Shown here one piece after another: positions 1-9,872 of a DNA stretch of 64,000 nt. Origin of the DNA: Candidatus Thorarchaeota archaeon SMTZ1-45 (GTDB lineage: Archaea > Asgardarchaeota > Thorarchaeia > Thorarchaeales > Thorarchaeaceae); the NCBI GenBank assembly GCA_001563335.1, contig LRSL01000095.1:1-64000 (forward strand), read 5' to 3'. Numbering within the stretch: position 1 is the first letter of the stretch; every line of letters begins with the position of its first letter. A model generated the notes under the pieces. It was not told where the DNA came from, made no database searches, and saw only the letters and a list, made by a program, of their open reading frames with translations. Both the position numbers and the translations under genes were made by a program.

Positions 1-1
1 A

Positions 2-3000
2 TATGACAGCACTTACCTTGGAGCAACTGACTCTGTCACTCTCGATGGAACTGCAATGACCTGGGATAGTGTGAACTCCTGGTTTGATTTGCCTATATCA
101 CAAGCCTCAGTAGGCCTCTGGCAATATTTCGTTAACTCCTCCTCTGATGGAACCTATGGAATCACAGCACTCAACCTCAACTCACAAAGTGTCAGTGTGA
201 TTTGGGATAGAATTGTCGTACAGAGTACTGTGGTCGACGATGCAAGGGTTGACATATCTTCTAATGCTGAGATTCGAGTGACATTATTGCTGGAGTATGA
301 CAGTACCTTCCTTGGAGCTGGTGACTCTGTTATCCTCAATGGCACTTCAATGATTTGGGATGGTGTCAACTCATGGTTCGAATTAATAGTGAGTCACTCT
401 TCTGTTGGTTCGTGGACTTACTTTGTGAACTCAAGCTTGGATTCAACCTATGGAATTAGTTTGTTAAATCTAAATGGAAACAGTGTCAGTGTGATTTGGG
501 ACAGACTGCAGGTCCTTTCATATTCTGTTGGTGATGCGCGGGTCAATATTGGTGATAGTGTAGATATTGATGTTTCACTAGTCTATGATTATGATAACAC
601 ACCAGTGTCAGATGGTACAATCACTGTGAATGGGATAGCAGCAACTCATCAAGGGGCTGGCATTTGGAGATTTACTGACTCTGAAGTTGTAGTTGTAATG
701 AACACCTATGACGTAGTAGCCAGTGTAGGAAATACATATGGGCTCACCATTATAGACCAAAACTCTCGATCAATGAATGTAATCTGGGATCAATTAATAG
801 TCATAATTGGTGTTGACGATGCTTCCTCATTGAACGGTCATCAGGCTAACTTCACTCTCACAGTGACATACGACTATGATGATGTTGTCTGCACAACATA
901 TCAAATCGTGATTGACCGGAACGCATCGTGGTGGCATACATTCCTCGATGCCAACGTGTCCCTCTTTGTTGATAACAACACTAACACTACATACTTATAC
1001 AATGCAAGCCTTGTGTCAGGGGAATCTACGTATGGCATAACTGCGTTCACTACGAACACCTTGCAGGTGACCTGGTCTTTAGCTCCTAATGAGATTCCAG
1101 TGAATGATTCAAGTCCTGTTCTCACAAACGGTGATGATACTGACTATCTCTTTGCTCGATATCGTTACTATGTGATAACCTCATCAGTAAGCGACCTTGA
1201 TGGATACGCTGACATGAGCTATATAGAGTTGACACTTTATTCTGATGATCAGCTAACTCAATACTGGATAATCCGATACACCGTTGGTACCGGTATATTC
1301 TCTGTAGAGACTGGTGGGACGAATGTGGTTATTGGTGCTATGTCTAGCGCTGTAGGTGTTGGTAACACACTCACCATAACTTGGTGCATCAAGATTGGTT
1401 GGAATCATCCAGACATTCTAGACTCTGACATCAATCAGTATATTACTGACGGAACTGCCAGTGACTCCGATTTCTATGAGACCAATTGGAATGTTGAAAC
1501 TCGTCTAGATTATTCAATCGTCCCAGCTCTGTCTGATGACCGTGGAGATGTCAACACTGCAGACTTGATAGGTTCAGGTTCTGTCACGTACTATGGTTCA
1601 AGTCTAAGTCCTCTCTCCAACGAAACTGATGTTTGGGTTGTTCACGATCTTGCTGGGTCCTGGAGTGGAGAGCTCGTGGCTGGCAGTTTCAGCATTTCCA
1701 CTATCGGATCTGCATCAATAGTCCGAATGAACACCTACACATTCAAGATTGTTGTTGAGGGTACTGGTGCAGTTGGCACAGACCTCTATTACACAACTAG
1801 TCTTACTGATACTTTCATTACAGACAGAATTGAGATATACGAGGCTGGGATTGTTGACAGTCGAATTAATATTAACTCGGATTGTGAGGTCTGGTGGAGA
1901 GCAAGATACGAGTACGATAGCACTGAGATACAGAGTGGATTGATCATCGAACTCAATGGGTCAAGAACACTCGTTTGGGATGCTGGTAACCTCTACTGGA
2001 GGTGGCGAGAAACTTCAATCAGTCCTAGCTTTGCTGGATTCGAGATCGCCACTGCTAGTGAATCGACATATGGGTTAACAGCATGGTTTAACACAACTTC
2101 TGCACAACAGGCAATTTGGGACTCCCTCGTCATCACAATAACCGATCCTATTGACCAAAGAATTAATGTTGGTGCAAACGCGAGTGGTATTTTTGTCAGT
2201 GCAGTCTATGCATTTGATGGGGCTCCCTATGATGGAAATCTCATTTTGAACAATACTAACTTCCAATATTCATCTCCGCAGATTCAAGGGTATACAGTGA
2301 TTAGTTGTTCTGGCGACTCATATGATATCACTGTAATCGGAATCAATGATGAAGCATTTTGTATTTGGGATAGAGTCTTGATCGTTTCAGTCAATGCTGA
2401 TGAGATTTATCATGACCCGAACGATGATGTTATGATAACTATCGAGCTCCAGTATGAATATGATGGTCTGCCAGTTACAGCTGGTACGTTCGAAATTACT
2501 AGCTATCCTCTTGCTCACATTGGTTTAGGAGTCTGGGAAGCGCAGATCACCATAGTCACATTTCAAACCATTGACTTTAATGATCTGACAATTTGCAATG
2601 CAACACTCTATGGAATCAACGAATACAACATGAATAGTAATACTGTCACTGTATATTGGGACCGTCTTGGTTTCTATCAAGCTGCAGTGGGTGATGGCAG
2701 AATCAATGTTGGGACTTCAACCACTATCCAATGGAGTGTGCAGCTAGAATATGCCGGTATTTCAATCACATCTGGACTAACGGCTCTTATGACTGGTGAT
2801 ATTGCACTCACACCCTCAGCTGGTGTCTATACTGGCTCTGTTAGTGAGAGCATTGTTGGAAGTATTACTTACAGCATTCTGAGCGCTTCACTCGGAGAGA
2901 TCAGTCAGTTCAATCAGAGTGTATCTGATATCACTGTTATTTGGGATCAAGTCTTGCTGACTTCTATCATAGCCACAACTCTATCACTAGACGTTGGCAC

Positions 3001-3880
3001 TTCGACTGAAATTCGAGTAACGTTGGTATACGAGTTCGATTCTGCTGAGGTCACTGATGGTATGGTCTATATGAATGACAATGGAGCTTCTATAGCAATG
3101 ACCTATAACTCAGCTGGAGGATACTGGAGTGCTTCAGTTTCAAAGAACACAGCGGGCAACTACAGCTTCACAGTTGATAGTGTATCAGGAAATGCCTATG
3201 GAATCACAGCGCTTGATACAGATGATTTGAGCGTGGAGGTTGAGTGGGTTGGAGCACCTGGATTTGTACTTGACACAATGACACTGATGATTATTGGTGG
3301 TGGAGCAGGTATCGGTTTACTTGGTGTGGCAATAATTGCTTCACGACGAAGGAAGGGTGGAGTTGTTACTGATCTTGCTGCAATCGAACCTAGCGACCTA
3401 GAAGTTACTGAACCGGTCGAAGCAGAAGTTCCTATTGAACCGGAAATTTCCGAACCTGAGGTTGAAGAGATTGAACCCTCGGAGCCGGAAACAGTAGAGG
3501 AGCTGGAGATTGAAGCTGAAACAGTCGCTGAAGCAGTTGAACCTGAGGAGGTTGAACTTCCTCCGTTTGATGAAGAACTTGCTGAGCTAGAAATAGAAGA
3601 ACCGGTCATTGAGGCGGAGCCTGAACTAGAGGTTGATGAAGTACCTGAAATCATCGAGGAGCCTGTCATTGAACCTGAAGCAGAACCTGAATATGCTGAT
3701 ATCCCAGAGGAGTTCATTGAACCTGAGCCTGTTGTCGATCTGACAAAATTGACTAAGAAGGAACTCCTTGATCTCATCCCAGATGACATTAAGGAAACCA
3801 CATCGCCCAAGGAACTCAAACGACTAACGAAGCAGGAACTGATAAGCCTAGTCGAATCCTTCAAGAGCTCTAAAGATTAA
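2..3880 (+). CDS. Large membrane-anchored surface (S-layer/Ig-like repeat) protein, 5'-truncated by the window edge
   Basis: The frame is open from position 2 (YDSTYLGATDSVTLDGTAMTW...), so the true start lies upstream. It has beta-rich repeats (YGI..., V(I/V)WDR, RINV), many NxS/T sequons, a TM helix (LMIIGGGAGIGLLGVAIIA-SRRRK), a Glu/Pro-rich tail and a short C-terminal helical motif. Confidence 0.8.
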   Translation, partial: YDSTYLGATDSVTLDGTAMTWDSVNSWFDLPISQASVGLWQYFVNSSSDGTYGITALNLNSQSVSVIWDRIVVQSTVVDDARVDISSNAEIRVTLLLEYDSTFLGAGDSVILNGTSMIWDGVNSWFELIVSHSSVGSWTYFVNSSLDSTYGISLLNLNGNSVSVIWDRLQVLSYSVGDARVNIGDSVDIDVSLVYDYDNTPVSDGTITVNGIAATHQGAGIWRFTDSEVVVVMNTYDVVASVGNTYGLTIIDQNSRSMNVIWDQLIVIIGVDDASSLNGHQANFTLTVTYDYDDVVCTTYQIVIDRNASWWHTFLDANVSLFVDNNTNTTYLYNASLVSGESTYGITAFTTNTLQVTWSLAPNEIPVNDSSPVLTNGDDTDYLFARYRYYVITSSVSDLDGYADMSYIELTLYSDDQLTQYWIIRYTVGTGIFSVETGGTNVVIGAMSSAVGVGNTLTITWCIKIGWNHPDILDSDINQYITDGTASDSDFYETNWNVETRLDYSIVPALSDDRGDVNTADLIGSGSVTYYGSSLSPLSNETDVWVVHDLAGSWSGELVAGSFSISTIGSASIVRMNTYTFKIVVEGTGAVGTDLYYTTSLTDTFITDRIEIYEAGIVDSRININSDCEVWWRARYEYDSTEIQSGLIIELNGSRTLVWDAGNLYWRWRETSISPSFAGFEIATASESTYGLTAWFNTTSAQQAIWDSLVITITDPIDQRINVGANASGIFVSAVYAFDGAPYDGNLILNNTNFQYSSPQIQGYTVISCSGDSYDITVIGINDEAFCIWDRVLIVSVNADEIYHDPNDDVMITIELQYEYDGLPVTAGTFEITSYPLAHIGLGVWEAQITIVTFQTIDFNDLTICNATLYGINEYNMNSNTVTVYWDRLGFYQAAVGDGRINVGTSTTIQWSVQLEYAGISITSGLTALMTGDIALTPSAGVYTGSVSESIVGSITYSILSASLGEISQFNQSVSDITVIWDQVLLTSIIATTLSLDVGTSTEIRVTLVYEFDSAEVTDGMVYMNDNGASIAMTYNSAGGYWSASVSKNTAGNYSFTVDSVSGNAYGITALDTDDLSVEVEWVGAPGFVLDTMTLMIIGGGAGIGLLGVAIIASRRRKGGVVTDLAAIEPSDLEVTEPVEAEVPIEPEISEPEVEEIEPSEPETVEELEIEAETVAEAVEPEEVELPPFDEELAELEIEEPVIEAEPELEVDEVPEIIEEPVIEPEAEPEYADIPEEFIEPEPVVDLTKLTKKELLDLIPDDIKETTSPKELKRLTKQELISLVESFKSSKD

Positions 3881-3964
3881 TTTTCGTGAACAGGGAGATC
3901 AAGACCATGAGCTCCCAGTTGCTTACGAAACCTTTTCATGAGATGATATTACGACTAGGTAGTC

Positions 3965-4297
3965 ATGCCAGGGCAAACAATAACCAGCTCAAAATGCAAT
4001 AGATGCAAGAGAGTGATAGTTCCTCCAAGAGAAACCTGCCCATACTGTGGAAAAAGTGCAGGTCTTATGGAAACGTTGGAATTACCACCTAGAGGAGTCA
4101 TTCAAAGTCACACGACTCTTCGTATGCCTCCAGAAGGTTTCAAAGCCCCTCTCTCAATGGCGCTCGTTGAACTTGAACAAGGCGCTCTAATTCTATGTCT
4201 AGGTAGTGAGCAATCATCACTACCAATCAATATCGGAGATACTGTCGATATTGAACTCGACTCTCAAGAAAGATTCTGTTTCCGAGTCGTTTCCTAG
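3965..4297 (+). CDS. DUF35/ChsH2-type Zn-ribbon plus OB-fold protein
   Basis: CxxC...PPRETCPYC rubredoxin-like ribbon followed by an OB-fold; adjacent to an acyl-CoA dehydrogenase. Confidence 0.85.
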   Translation: MPGQTITSSKCNRCKRVIVPPRETCPYCGKSAGLMETLELPPRGVIQSHTTLRMPPEGFKAPLSMALVELEQGALILCLGSEQSSLPINIGDTVDIELDSQERFCFRVVS

Positions 4298-4361
4298 AAC
4301 TTAGTGCACTGGAAGGTATGTATTTTAGCATGTGTTCTATTAGCAAGTCTAGGTTTCAGCA

Positions 4362-5531
4362 ATGGTTGACTATCTTTCAAATGTACTTTGGACTGAGGAT
4401 GAAATCAACTTTAGAAAAGAAGTGCAGGAGTTCTGCGCTGAAGAGATTGCACCAATCGCGGATGAGATTGATAAAGGTCCCTATCCCAGAGAGCTTCTTC
4501 GCAAAATCGGAAAGGTAGGATATATGGGTGTTCACCATGACAGGTCGGTTGGTGGAACAGAACGTGGTCTCTCCTATGAGATCATAGTTGCTGAGGAAAT
4601 CTCTGCTGTCAATGGTGGTCTCGACATGGCTCGAATGGCATCCACCACTCTTTACGGTATGCCTCTTGCTCGATTTGGTACCGCTGAACAGAAGAAGAAG
4701 TACCTTGAACCAGTTGTAGCTGGAGATAAGATTGGTTGCATTGGAATAACTGAGCCCGATGTAGGCAGTGACACTGCTGGAATGAAGACGCGCGCTGAAA
4801 AGGATGGGGATGATTGGATTCTCAATGGTGAGAAGAGGTTCATCACTAATGGAAGCCAAGCTGACTATATGTGTGCCTTTGCCATCACCAATCCTGATGT
4901 GCACTCCAAGGATGGAATGTCTGCGTTCATAGTAGACACAACCACGGATGGCTTCAGTGTGGTCCAGGACCATGATCTTCTAGGGATGAAGTCTGCAAGA
5001 GTTTCTTGGTTAAAGCTTGAGGATGTCCGTGTACCAGGTAACATGTTACTTGGTAAGCCTGGTGAAGGCTTTCATATTCTGATGGATGAATTGGACTCTG
5101 AAAGAACTGCTATCGCAGGCGAAGCTATTGGATATGCTCGAACTCCCTATGAAATCGCAGTCAAGTATGCAAACGAACGTCATCAATTTGGAAGACCAAT
5201 TCGAGCATTTGAGGGTGTAAGCTTCAAAATCGCTGATATGGCCATGAAACTTGAAGCTGGTCGTGCACTTACACTTACTGCTGCACGAATGTATGATCGT
5301 GGCGAGAATATCACTAAACAAGCTTCTATAGCAAAACTATACACAACCGAAGCAGCTATACAGATTACTAATGACGCAGTCCAAATTCTTGGTGGAATGG
5401 GGTACACCACCGATTATCCTGTGGAACGATTCCTTCGCGATGCACGATTGATGACAATCGGTGGAGGAACTGCAGAGATTCTACGCTTCTTAATACAGAG
5501 AGAGGTCTTCAAAGAATTTTTCCCACTTTGA
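4362..5531 (+). CDS. Acyl-CoA dehydrogenase
   Basis: Motifs GITEPDVGSD, LNGEKRFITNG, RHQFGRPI, QILGGMGY and IGGGTAEI. Confidence 0.95.
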   Translation: MVDYLSNVLWTEDEINFRKEVQEFCAEEIAPIADEIDKGPYPRELLRKIGKVGYMGVHHDRSVGGTERGLSYEIIVAEEISAVNGGLDMARMASTTLYGMPLARFGTAEQKKKYLEPVVAGDKIGCIGITEPDVGSDTAGMKTRAEKDGDDWILNGEKRFITNGSQADYMCAFAITNPDVHSKDGMSAFIVDTTTDGFSVVQDHDLLGMKSARVSWLKLEDVRVPGNMLLGKPGEGFHILMDELDSERTAIAGEAIGYARTPYEIAVKYANERHQFGRPIRAFEGVSFKIADMAMKLEAGRALTLTAARMYDRGENITKQASIAKLYTTEAAIQITNDAVQILGGMGYTTDYPVERFLRDARLMTIGGGTAEILRFLIQREVFKEFFPL

Positions 5532-5639
5532 AAAATTAAAGGCTGAAGAGGATCATTCCCACGCGTCCTCACGAATTCAATTGATTCACAAAATATTTCT
5601 TCATCAACTCATTTGGTAGCGGATGATGGGGTATCATTA

Positions 5640-6200
5640 ATGGGTGTACTTGAATATCTTCTAGTCTATACTGAATCTGGTCTTCCAATCTATAGCAAGT
5701 GCTATGGTACGTTCTGCAAGACAGCCTTTAGGAATCCAGAGCTGCTCTCAGGTTTTTTGTCTGCTCTTCAAACATTACCACTTACAATTTCTTCAGAACT
5801 AAGTCTTGAAGCTGTGAAGCTAGGTCCCACACAGATGCGCTTCTCGAAATCAATACCGAGCGGCCATTCAATTGTTGTAGGCATGGGTGAAGACAAGCCT
5901 GAGGTCGCTGAGCGGATTTTCGAAGATATATCAAAAATACTGGCGGCAGATAGATTCCTTAATGTTGATTGGTCATATATCACATCTGACATAATGAACG
6001 ATTTTGAGAAAGTGTTGCTGAAGTCAACCCTTGTAAATGCATTGAAGGATCATGGTGGATTTGAAGACCAGTGCTCTCTGGGAGACCAGTGTCCTATTCA
6101 TACGAATGCTCTACTCTATAAGACCCGCCGTGAGAAAGTATGGAGTCTTATCAAGGGCAAATACGCTGCATTGCGAGAACGTATGCGAAGCAAAGAATAA
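5640..6200 (+). CDS. Longin/roadblock-like domain protein with a C-terminal Cys/His motif
   Basis: LLVYTESGLPIYSK...PELLSGFLSALQ...LEAVKLG matches the Asgard longin-like pattern. ATG at 5640 is preferred over the track's TTG at 5613. Confidence 0.6.
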   Translation: MGVLEYLLVYTESGLPIYSKCYGTFCKTAFRNPELLSGFLSALQTLPLTISSELSLEAVKLGPTQMRFSKSIPSGHSIVVGMGEDKPEVAERIFEDISKILAADRFLNVDWSYITSDIMNDFEKVLLKSTLVNALKDHGGFEDQCSLGDQCPIHTNALLYKTRREKVWSLIKGKYAALRERMRSKE

Positions 6201-6225
6201 TTGGAAGGGGCTCACCCCCTCCCAA
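6201..6225. terminator. Hairpin between convergent genes (putative terminator)
   Basis: TTGGAAGGGG...CCCCTCCCAA inverted repeat filling the gap between two convergent stop codons. Confidence 0.55.
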
Positions 6226-6228
6226 TTT

Positions 6229-8016
6229 CTAGTTCTTGACAATTGCAATAATTCGGTACATGTCGCCTACAATCTGGATTGTAGCTGTGAAGTTGTCGTT
6301 CACATCAATATCATTGAGTAATGTATACCAATCTGCCAAGCTCATCCAGTTTCGAGCCCCCTCAATGAACGGGTATGTGGAGTTATCAGTCCGTAGAACT
6401 ATGTGAGTGTCACCACCGTCAACATATGAAGTCTTATTGACAACATTAGCTGTGATATTGAACACCCCTGTGGGCTCAGGTTCCACAGTGCCACCAAGGA
6501 GTTCTACGTATGCTGTGCGGACTGAGTACACAAGCTCTTCACCTGAGAGTGTTCCTCCTAAGGGGACCCACACAAAACGATCTATGTTTGAAGCATCCAC
6601 CATCCCCAGTGCATGGAGCCGCATATTAGTTGCAGTATATTCCTCGAGATCTTCATCATAATAAGTATCTGCCCAATAGATAGGAGTGTACCATGTCCAC
6701 TTGGTAAGTGATGAATTGATGACGACTGGGTAGAGTAAAGGCATCGCACCATAGTAATCGCCACTTGCTGGTTTTCCAATGTCTGCAACTACATTAGCAG
6801 CAGCAGCGTCTCCACTAACATAACCTTCAGCACTAAGGTCATGATAGTAGACAGCATCCTTCGTTGCTCTGAAGACCCCTGCTAGTGTTCGAGTGGCTGT
6901 GATAGGATGAACTGCGATGAACGCCTCAACTCGGTTTGTATCAGGATTAACGATGTATCGGGTGTCTTCAGTGATCTCCAGTCTATCATTCGATGGTGCA
7001 ATGAACCAGAGTAGTCCTCCTGCAAATAGATCGAAACCATCACCACGGCGATATTCTCCCCACCTGGTGATTTGACGTTCAAGCCATTCTTCTGCATATG
7101 CTTGTGTTATCCAGTCGGGAGTATTTTCAATTGTGTCATAGCTAAAGACTGAACCATTCTCTGCGTATACTATTGGACCACTTGCTCTCTCAACAAAGTC
7201 AAACCCAATTGGAGTTCTCGTCTGGACATATACCATAGCACCAGAGGGATCCCAAGTTGGATATGCGTACTGATAACTAGCTGTCATATCATTCAAGTAA
7301 TTGCCAAACTGAATGTTCTTGTCCCAGAATAAACCCTCTCCCACAGGAATGGTCGTTTCTGAAATAAGATGCGGTTCCACTGATTGTGGGTCATTTGCAT
7401 CAACTACGATGAATCCTTTGATATAGTTCTCAGCCAGAACATTCGTTGATACAATAGTACAAACCCATACAAGTGTCCCGTTTGGATTTGTAGTTATATG
7501 TGCAGCTGCAACCTCAACATTGGAACCAAATGGTGAAATGTGCTGACGGGCGACGTATTTAGCATATTCTTCTGTGACCAATCTCACCTTGTCATCCGGG
7601 ATTGTGCTATTGAAGAGATCTTCATCAGTCACAATTATCATGGAGTTGAAATACTCTGCATTGGACACGTCTGAAGTCCAACTAATTATTCCAGAGAAGA
7701 TTGGCATAATGATCAAAATGATCAAACCAATACAGGTGAGTGGCACTCTAATGCCTTCGAGTACTTCCTCAATACGTCCTCCACGAAAACCACTGGAAAC
7801 CACTAAAAGAGCTGCAAAGCTCATTATTAATGTAATAATTGCCCAAGGGAGCGTGGAAACAAGTAGCAAACAGATGATAACCCATGCTGCAGTTCCCCAA
7901 ATTAATCGGAATGGAAGCCATTTGATTAGTCTATTTGGCCTCAACAATTCTTGTCTAAATGGGATGGGTATGGCATGAACTATCAGACTTATCATAAGAA
8001 AGACTAGTACGTTCAT
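6229..8016 (-). CDS. Membrane protein with about 4 N-terminal TM helices and a large extracellular domain
   Basis: Long ORF with hydrophobic N-terminus. The likely start is ATG 8016 (MNVLVFL) after GAGG, which avoids overlap with the upstream small-subunit gene. Confidence 0.65.
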   Translation of the reverse strand: MNVLVFLMISLIVHAIPIPFRQELLRPNRLIKWLPFRLIWGTAAWVIICLLLVSTLPWAIITLIMSFAALLVVSSGFRGGRIEEVLEGIRVPLTCIGLIILIIMPIFSGIISWTSDVSNAEYFNSMIIVTDEDLFNSTIPDDKVRLVTEEYAKYVARQHISPFGSNVEVAAAHITTNPNGTLVWVCTIVSTNVLAENYIKGFIVVDANDPQSVEPHLISETTIPVGEGLFWDKNIQFGNYLNDMTASYQYAYPTWDPSGAMVYVQTRTPIGFDFVERASGPIVYAENGSVFSYDTIENTPDWITQAYAEEWLERQITRWGEYRRGDGFDLFAGGLLWFIAPSNDRLEITEDTRYIVNPDTNRVEAFIAVHPITATRTLAGVFRATKDAVYYHDLSAEGYVSGDAAAANVVADIGKPASGDYYGAMPLLYPVVINSSLTKWTWYTPIYWADTYYDEDLEEYTATNMRLHALGMVDASNIDRFVWVPLGGTLSGEELVYSVRTAYVELLGGTVEPEPTGVFNITANVVNKTSYVDGGDTHIVLRTDNSTYPFIEGARNWMSLADWYTLLNDIDVNDNFTATIQIVGDMYRIIAIVKN

Positions 8017-8095
8017 TAAATGACCTCTCAGAAGCTGTCTATTGCGTGTTGAAGATTGATGCCTTTTAGTGTTTTCCAGTAAGAACTTACAAGAC

Positions 8096-8599
8096 TCATT
8101 TTTTCTTCTTATACCAAGGGACCGCTCCACCTGCTTTGAGAATCTCTAACATTCTCTCTGGTAGAGGTTTTCCATGAATAGTCTCTCCTTTCCCTTTTAC
8201 AGTCAGTGTTCCTTTCAAGAGGTTGACAATCACAATCTCTCCATCCTTGATGAGTTTTGAAATATTTGGTATTGTAATTAGGGGCAGTCCAATGTTGAAC
8301 GAGTTTCTATAGAAAATCCGAGCGAATGATTCAGCCACGATGCAACTTATACCACTATGCATGAGCACTTTTGGTGCCTCTTCACGAGATGAGCCACCAC
8401 CAAAATTCCTTCCTGCTACTATGATGTCGTTCTCTTTTACTTTTGATGCAAATACAGGTCTTCGTATCTCGAAAGCATGTTTTACCATTTCATCATAATC
8501 AAGGAGGGTTAGATACTGTCCCTGAATTATCTGATCTGTGTTGATATTGTGGCCAAAAACCCATGCCCGTCCACTGATATTACTAAAATCCTTGCCCAT
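8096..8599 (-). CDS. leuD: 3-isopropylmalate dehydratase/homoaconitase small subunit
   Basis: INTDQII, AGRNFGGGSSREEA, ESFARIFYRNSFNIG. Could equally be hacB. Confidence 0.9.
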   Translation of the reverse strand: MGKDFSNISGRAWVFGHNINTDQIIQGQYLTLLDYDEMVKHAFEIRRPVFASKVKENDIIVAGRNFGGGSSREEAPKVLMHSGISCIVAESFARIFYRNSFNIGLPLITIPNISKLIKDGEIVIVNLLKGTLTVKGKGETIHGKPLPERMLEILKAGGAVPWYKKKK

Positions 8600-8602
8600 G
8601 AC

Positions 8603-9868
8603 CTATACTCTCCTCGGGTCAGTAATCACTCCTTTAAGGGCACTAGCAGCAACCGTTGCTGGTGAAGCGAGATATATCCGAGAATCAGGATGTCCCATCC
8701 TTCCTTTGAAGTTTCGATTTGTACTTGATATGCAAACTTCCCCCGCTCCCAGTACTCCGAGATGTCCACCCACACAAGCACCACATGTAGAGTTTGTGAC
8801 AATTCCCCCGGCTTCCATGAGGATCTTGATGATTCCACGTTCCAATGCCTCCATGTAAGTTGCTTTACTTGCAGGTGTTATTATGAGTCGAACACCTTCG
8901 TGCACCTTCTTGCCCTTGAGGATTTCTGCCGCCATTATCAAGTCACCAATTCTGCCATTTGTACATGAACCAATGAACGCCTGATCAATTGGAACACCCG
9001 CGACCTCAGCAACAGGTTTTCCATTTGTGGGCAAGTCGGGTGGTGCGACAATTGGCTCAAGAGGGTCAGTATGAAGATCAAAACGCAGAATATCTACAAA
9101 CTCTGCATCATCATCACTTGTGACTTCTTTCCATTTCTTTGTGGGAGCATAATCCTCCATCCAAAATTTGACATCCTGATTGATAGGCATGGGAGCGCAT
9201 TTTGCTCCGGCTTCGACGCTCATGTTACACATAGTCATTCTCTCGCCAACGCTCATGGTTTCAATTGTTGAACCATGAAACTCCAGAGACTGATAATTGG
9301 CTCCATCTGGACCTAGTTCATTGATTATCTTCAATATCAAGTCCTTACTCATTACACGCTCTGACATCTCTCCCGTGATTTCAATCTTCAATGTTTCAGG
9401 GACTCTGAACCAACATTCTCCAGTAGCTAAGATGAGTGCTGTATCAGTAGCAGCGAGACCGGTGGAGAATGCATTGAATGCTCCATAAGTTGTGGAGTGA
9501 GAATCGCTTCCAATAATAGTGGCACCTGGAACAACAAGTCCTCTCTCAGGAAGAACCTGATGCGAAATGCCACAGTCCACATCACAGAAATTTACAATTC
9601 CCTGTTCTTTCACGAAATTCCTATTTCTCCTATGTATCTCTGCGCTATTGATATCTGATGCAGGTGCCCAGTGGTCGTTAACAACAAGAACTCTATTTGG
9701 GTTCCACACTTTCTTGAAACCCATCTCTTTCAAAATTGGAATAATCCTGGAGCCTAAAACCTCATGAACCATTAATAGATCGACTCTAGCTTCAATCACC
9801 TCTCCTGCACTAGCTTTTCCATCATTTGTGTGGCTAGCCAGAATCTTCTCAGCTATTGTCTTTCCCAT
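8603..9868 (-). CDS. leuC: 3-isopropylmalate dehydratase/homoaconitase large subunit
   Basis: GSDSHSTTYGA, FIGSCTNGR, CGACVG (4Fe-4S Cys ligands) and STNRNFKGRMG. Could equally be hacA. Confidence 0.92.
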   Translation of the reverse strand: MGKTIAEKILASHTNDGKASAGEVIEARVDLLMVHEVLGSRIIPILKEMGFKKVWNPNRVLVVNDHWAPASDINSAEIHRRNRNFVKEQGIVNFCDVDCGISHQVLPERGLVVPGATIIGSDSHSTTYGAFNAFSTGLAATDTALILATGECWFRVPETLKIEITGEMSERVMSKDLILKIINELGPDGANYQSLEFHGSTIETMSVGERMTMCNMSVEAGAKCAPMPINQDVKFWMEDYAPTKKWKEVTSDDDAEFVDILRFDLHTDPLEPIVAPPDLPTNGKPVAEVAGVPIDQAFIGSCTNGRIGDLIMAAEILKGKKVHEGVRLIITPASKATYMEALERGIIKILMEAGGIVTNSTCGACVGGHLGVLGAGEVCISSTNRNFKGRMGHPDSRIYLASPATVAASALKGVITDPRRV

Positions 9869-9872
9869 GAGC

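Noticed and set aside
3196-3864. 222-aa Ser-rich ORF on the minus strand
   Set aside because: Antisense shadow of the Glu/Pro-rich tail of the surface protein.
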